Part shown: positions 51,640 through 53,016 of the stretch, in pieces
Numbering within the stretch: the stretch's first letter is position 1
How the letters are laid out: the number at the start of each line of letters is the position of its first letter
Source of the DNA: Phoronis australis
Lineage: Eukaryota; Animalia; Phoronida
Direction: 5' to 3'
Assembly: GCA_002633005.1 (NCBI GenBank)
Contig: NMRA01000431.1
Span: 338,956-391,971, forward strand
Length of the DNA stretch: 53,016 bases
Notes under the pieces: model-generated
Told to the model about the DNA's origin: nothing
Seen by the model: the letters and a program-made list of their open reading frames with translations, nothing else
Database searches by the model: none
Made by a program: the position numbers and the translations under genes

Positions 51640-53016
51640 CTGATGAGAAAACCACAGCTGACGCTGATTTTCGGACGTGTTCATCTACTTTGGCGACCCC
51701 TAGTGGCAATTTTTTTTGTATCCACGGTTACATCTCATTAGCTATTTGGAGGAAATTCATGAAATTTAGCAGATATGTTCCTATGGAGATGGCAATGAAT
51801 GACTACGAGTTTCAGACCAATCCGAACTACAGCTGTGCACCCTGGTAGCAATTGTATCTTTGGAGTTCACTGATGGGTTTTGTGAAATTTGGCAAATAGG
51901 TTTCAATTAAGGAGGCAATTATGCCTTTTTGTTTTCGGACAGACTCGACCTATTCTGCGCTACTTATTGACCATTTTAATGCACCCACATATTATATATG
52001 GTCGCATATTGCTGTCATCTCTGTCTGAGCGTCCGCCGTCCACAGCTGTATCTCCTACTAACCCCTTATAGGATCTTGATGAGATTTGGCAGACTTGTTC
52101 CTATGAAGATAACAACAAATGACGACAAATTTTGGACCTCTCCATCTACAGGTATGCCCCTTAGTGGCAATTTTTATGCGCCCACATATTTATATGTGGA
52201 CGCATTATGCCGTCATCTCCGTCCGTCCGTCCGTCCGTCGGTCCGGGCGGCGTCCGGCGTCCGGCGTCCGCTGATCTATCTCCAAAACCCTTTGACATAC
52301 ATTCATGAAATTTGGCACATATGTTCCATTCATGAATGGGACGGCATGTGCGAACTTTCGGACGGATCCGACTACCGGTGTGCCCCCTAGTGGCAATTTT
52401 AGTTTTTTTACGCTTACCTTTGTATCTTCAATAGTCCTGAACGGATTTTCATGAAATTTGGTATAGTGCCCCCTAGTGGCAATTTTAATTTTTTTGCGCT
52501 TACCTTTGTATCTTCAAAAATCCTGAACGGATTTTCATGAAATTTGGTATGTAGGCACCTATTAGTGAGATGACGCTATCCTCCCATTTTCGGATGGATT
52601 CGACATAGTTTGCGCCACCTAGTGGCCATTTTTAGTGTTTTCGAGTATGTTTTTTTGCGTCCACCCCTCTATCAACCAAACCACTCGAAGGATGATTGTG
52701 AAAATTGGCATGTATATGCTTACTATGTAGAGGACGGTTGACGATGATTTTCAGACGATTTTCACTACTGTGGCGCCTCCTAGTGGCAGTTTTGTTTTTT
52801 GCGCCTACGGCTGTATCTCCTAAACCGTTCGCAGGATCTTTACGAAATTTAATAAGTGTATTTATATTATGTTAACAACAGACGATGACGACTTTTGGAC
52901 GGATCCGCCTACCAGTGTGCCCCCTAGTGGCAATTTTATTTTTTTTTACGTTTACCTCTGTATCTTCACAAGTCCTTAACGGATTTTCATGAAATTTGGT
53001 ATGTAGGCACCTATTA
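51640..53016 (+). mobile_element. Helentron-associated non-autonomous element (HINE/DINE-1/pearl-like) with tandem core repeats, running off the window
   Basis: T-run, then a short inverted repeat atgcgcccacata..tatgtggacgcat (52176-52205), then a (ccgt)n microsatellite (52219-52270). Diverged tandem units recur with cccctagtggcaatttt and ggattttcatgaaatttgg. A second, older head lies at about 51974-52045. Confidence 0.75.

Overview
AT-rich, repeat-dense eukaryotic genomic DNA. It is probably from a marine invertebrate, inferred from the TE types and an invertebrate-style CRH-BP; the species cannot be determined from the sequence. The one host gene I can support is a spliced minus-strand gene for corticotropin-releasing factor-binding protein (CRH-BP/CRHBP). 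Six GT-AG exons (37235-37079, 30071-29914, 26812-26605, 24122-23944, 23438-23336, 21159-21023) join in frame and keep all ten canonical cysteines. Its signal-peptide exon is only tentatively placed, near 44.8 kb. The rest of the window is decayed mobile DNA: two CR1/L2-group LINE remnants, several Harbinger- and hAT-type MITEs, minisatellites and hairpins. At the right end is a nested cluster of a Gypsy gag-pol fragment, an oppositely oriented LINE 5' end (ORF1 plus endonuclease) and a Helentron-associated (HINE-like) tandem-repeat element. There are no prokaryotic features and no CRISPR array. I see no demonstrable new multi-gene system. The most interesting leads are a CRH-peptide-like segment in the CRH-BP N-terminal extension and an ATG-less LINE ORF2 lying in frame behind the ORF1 stop codon.
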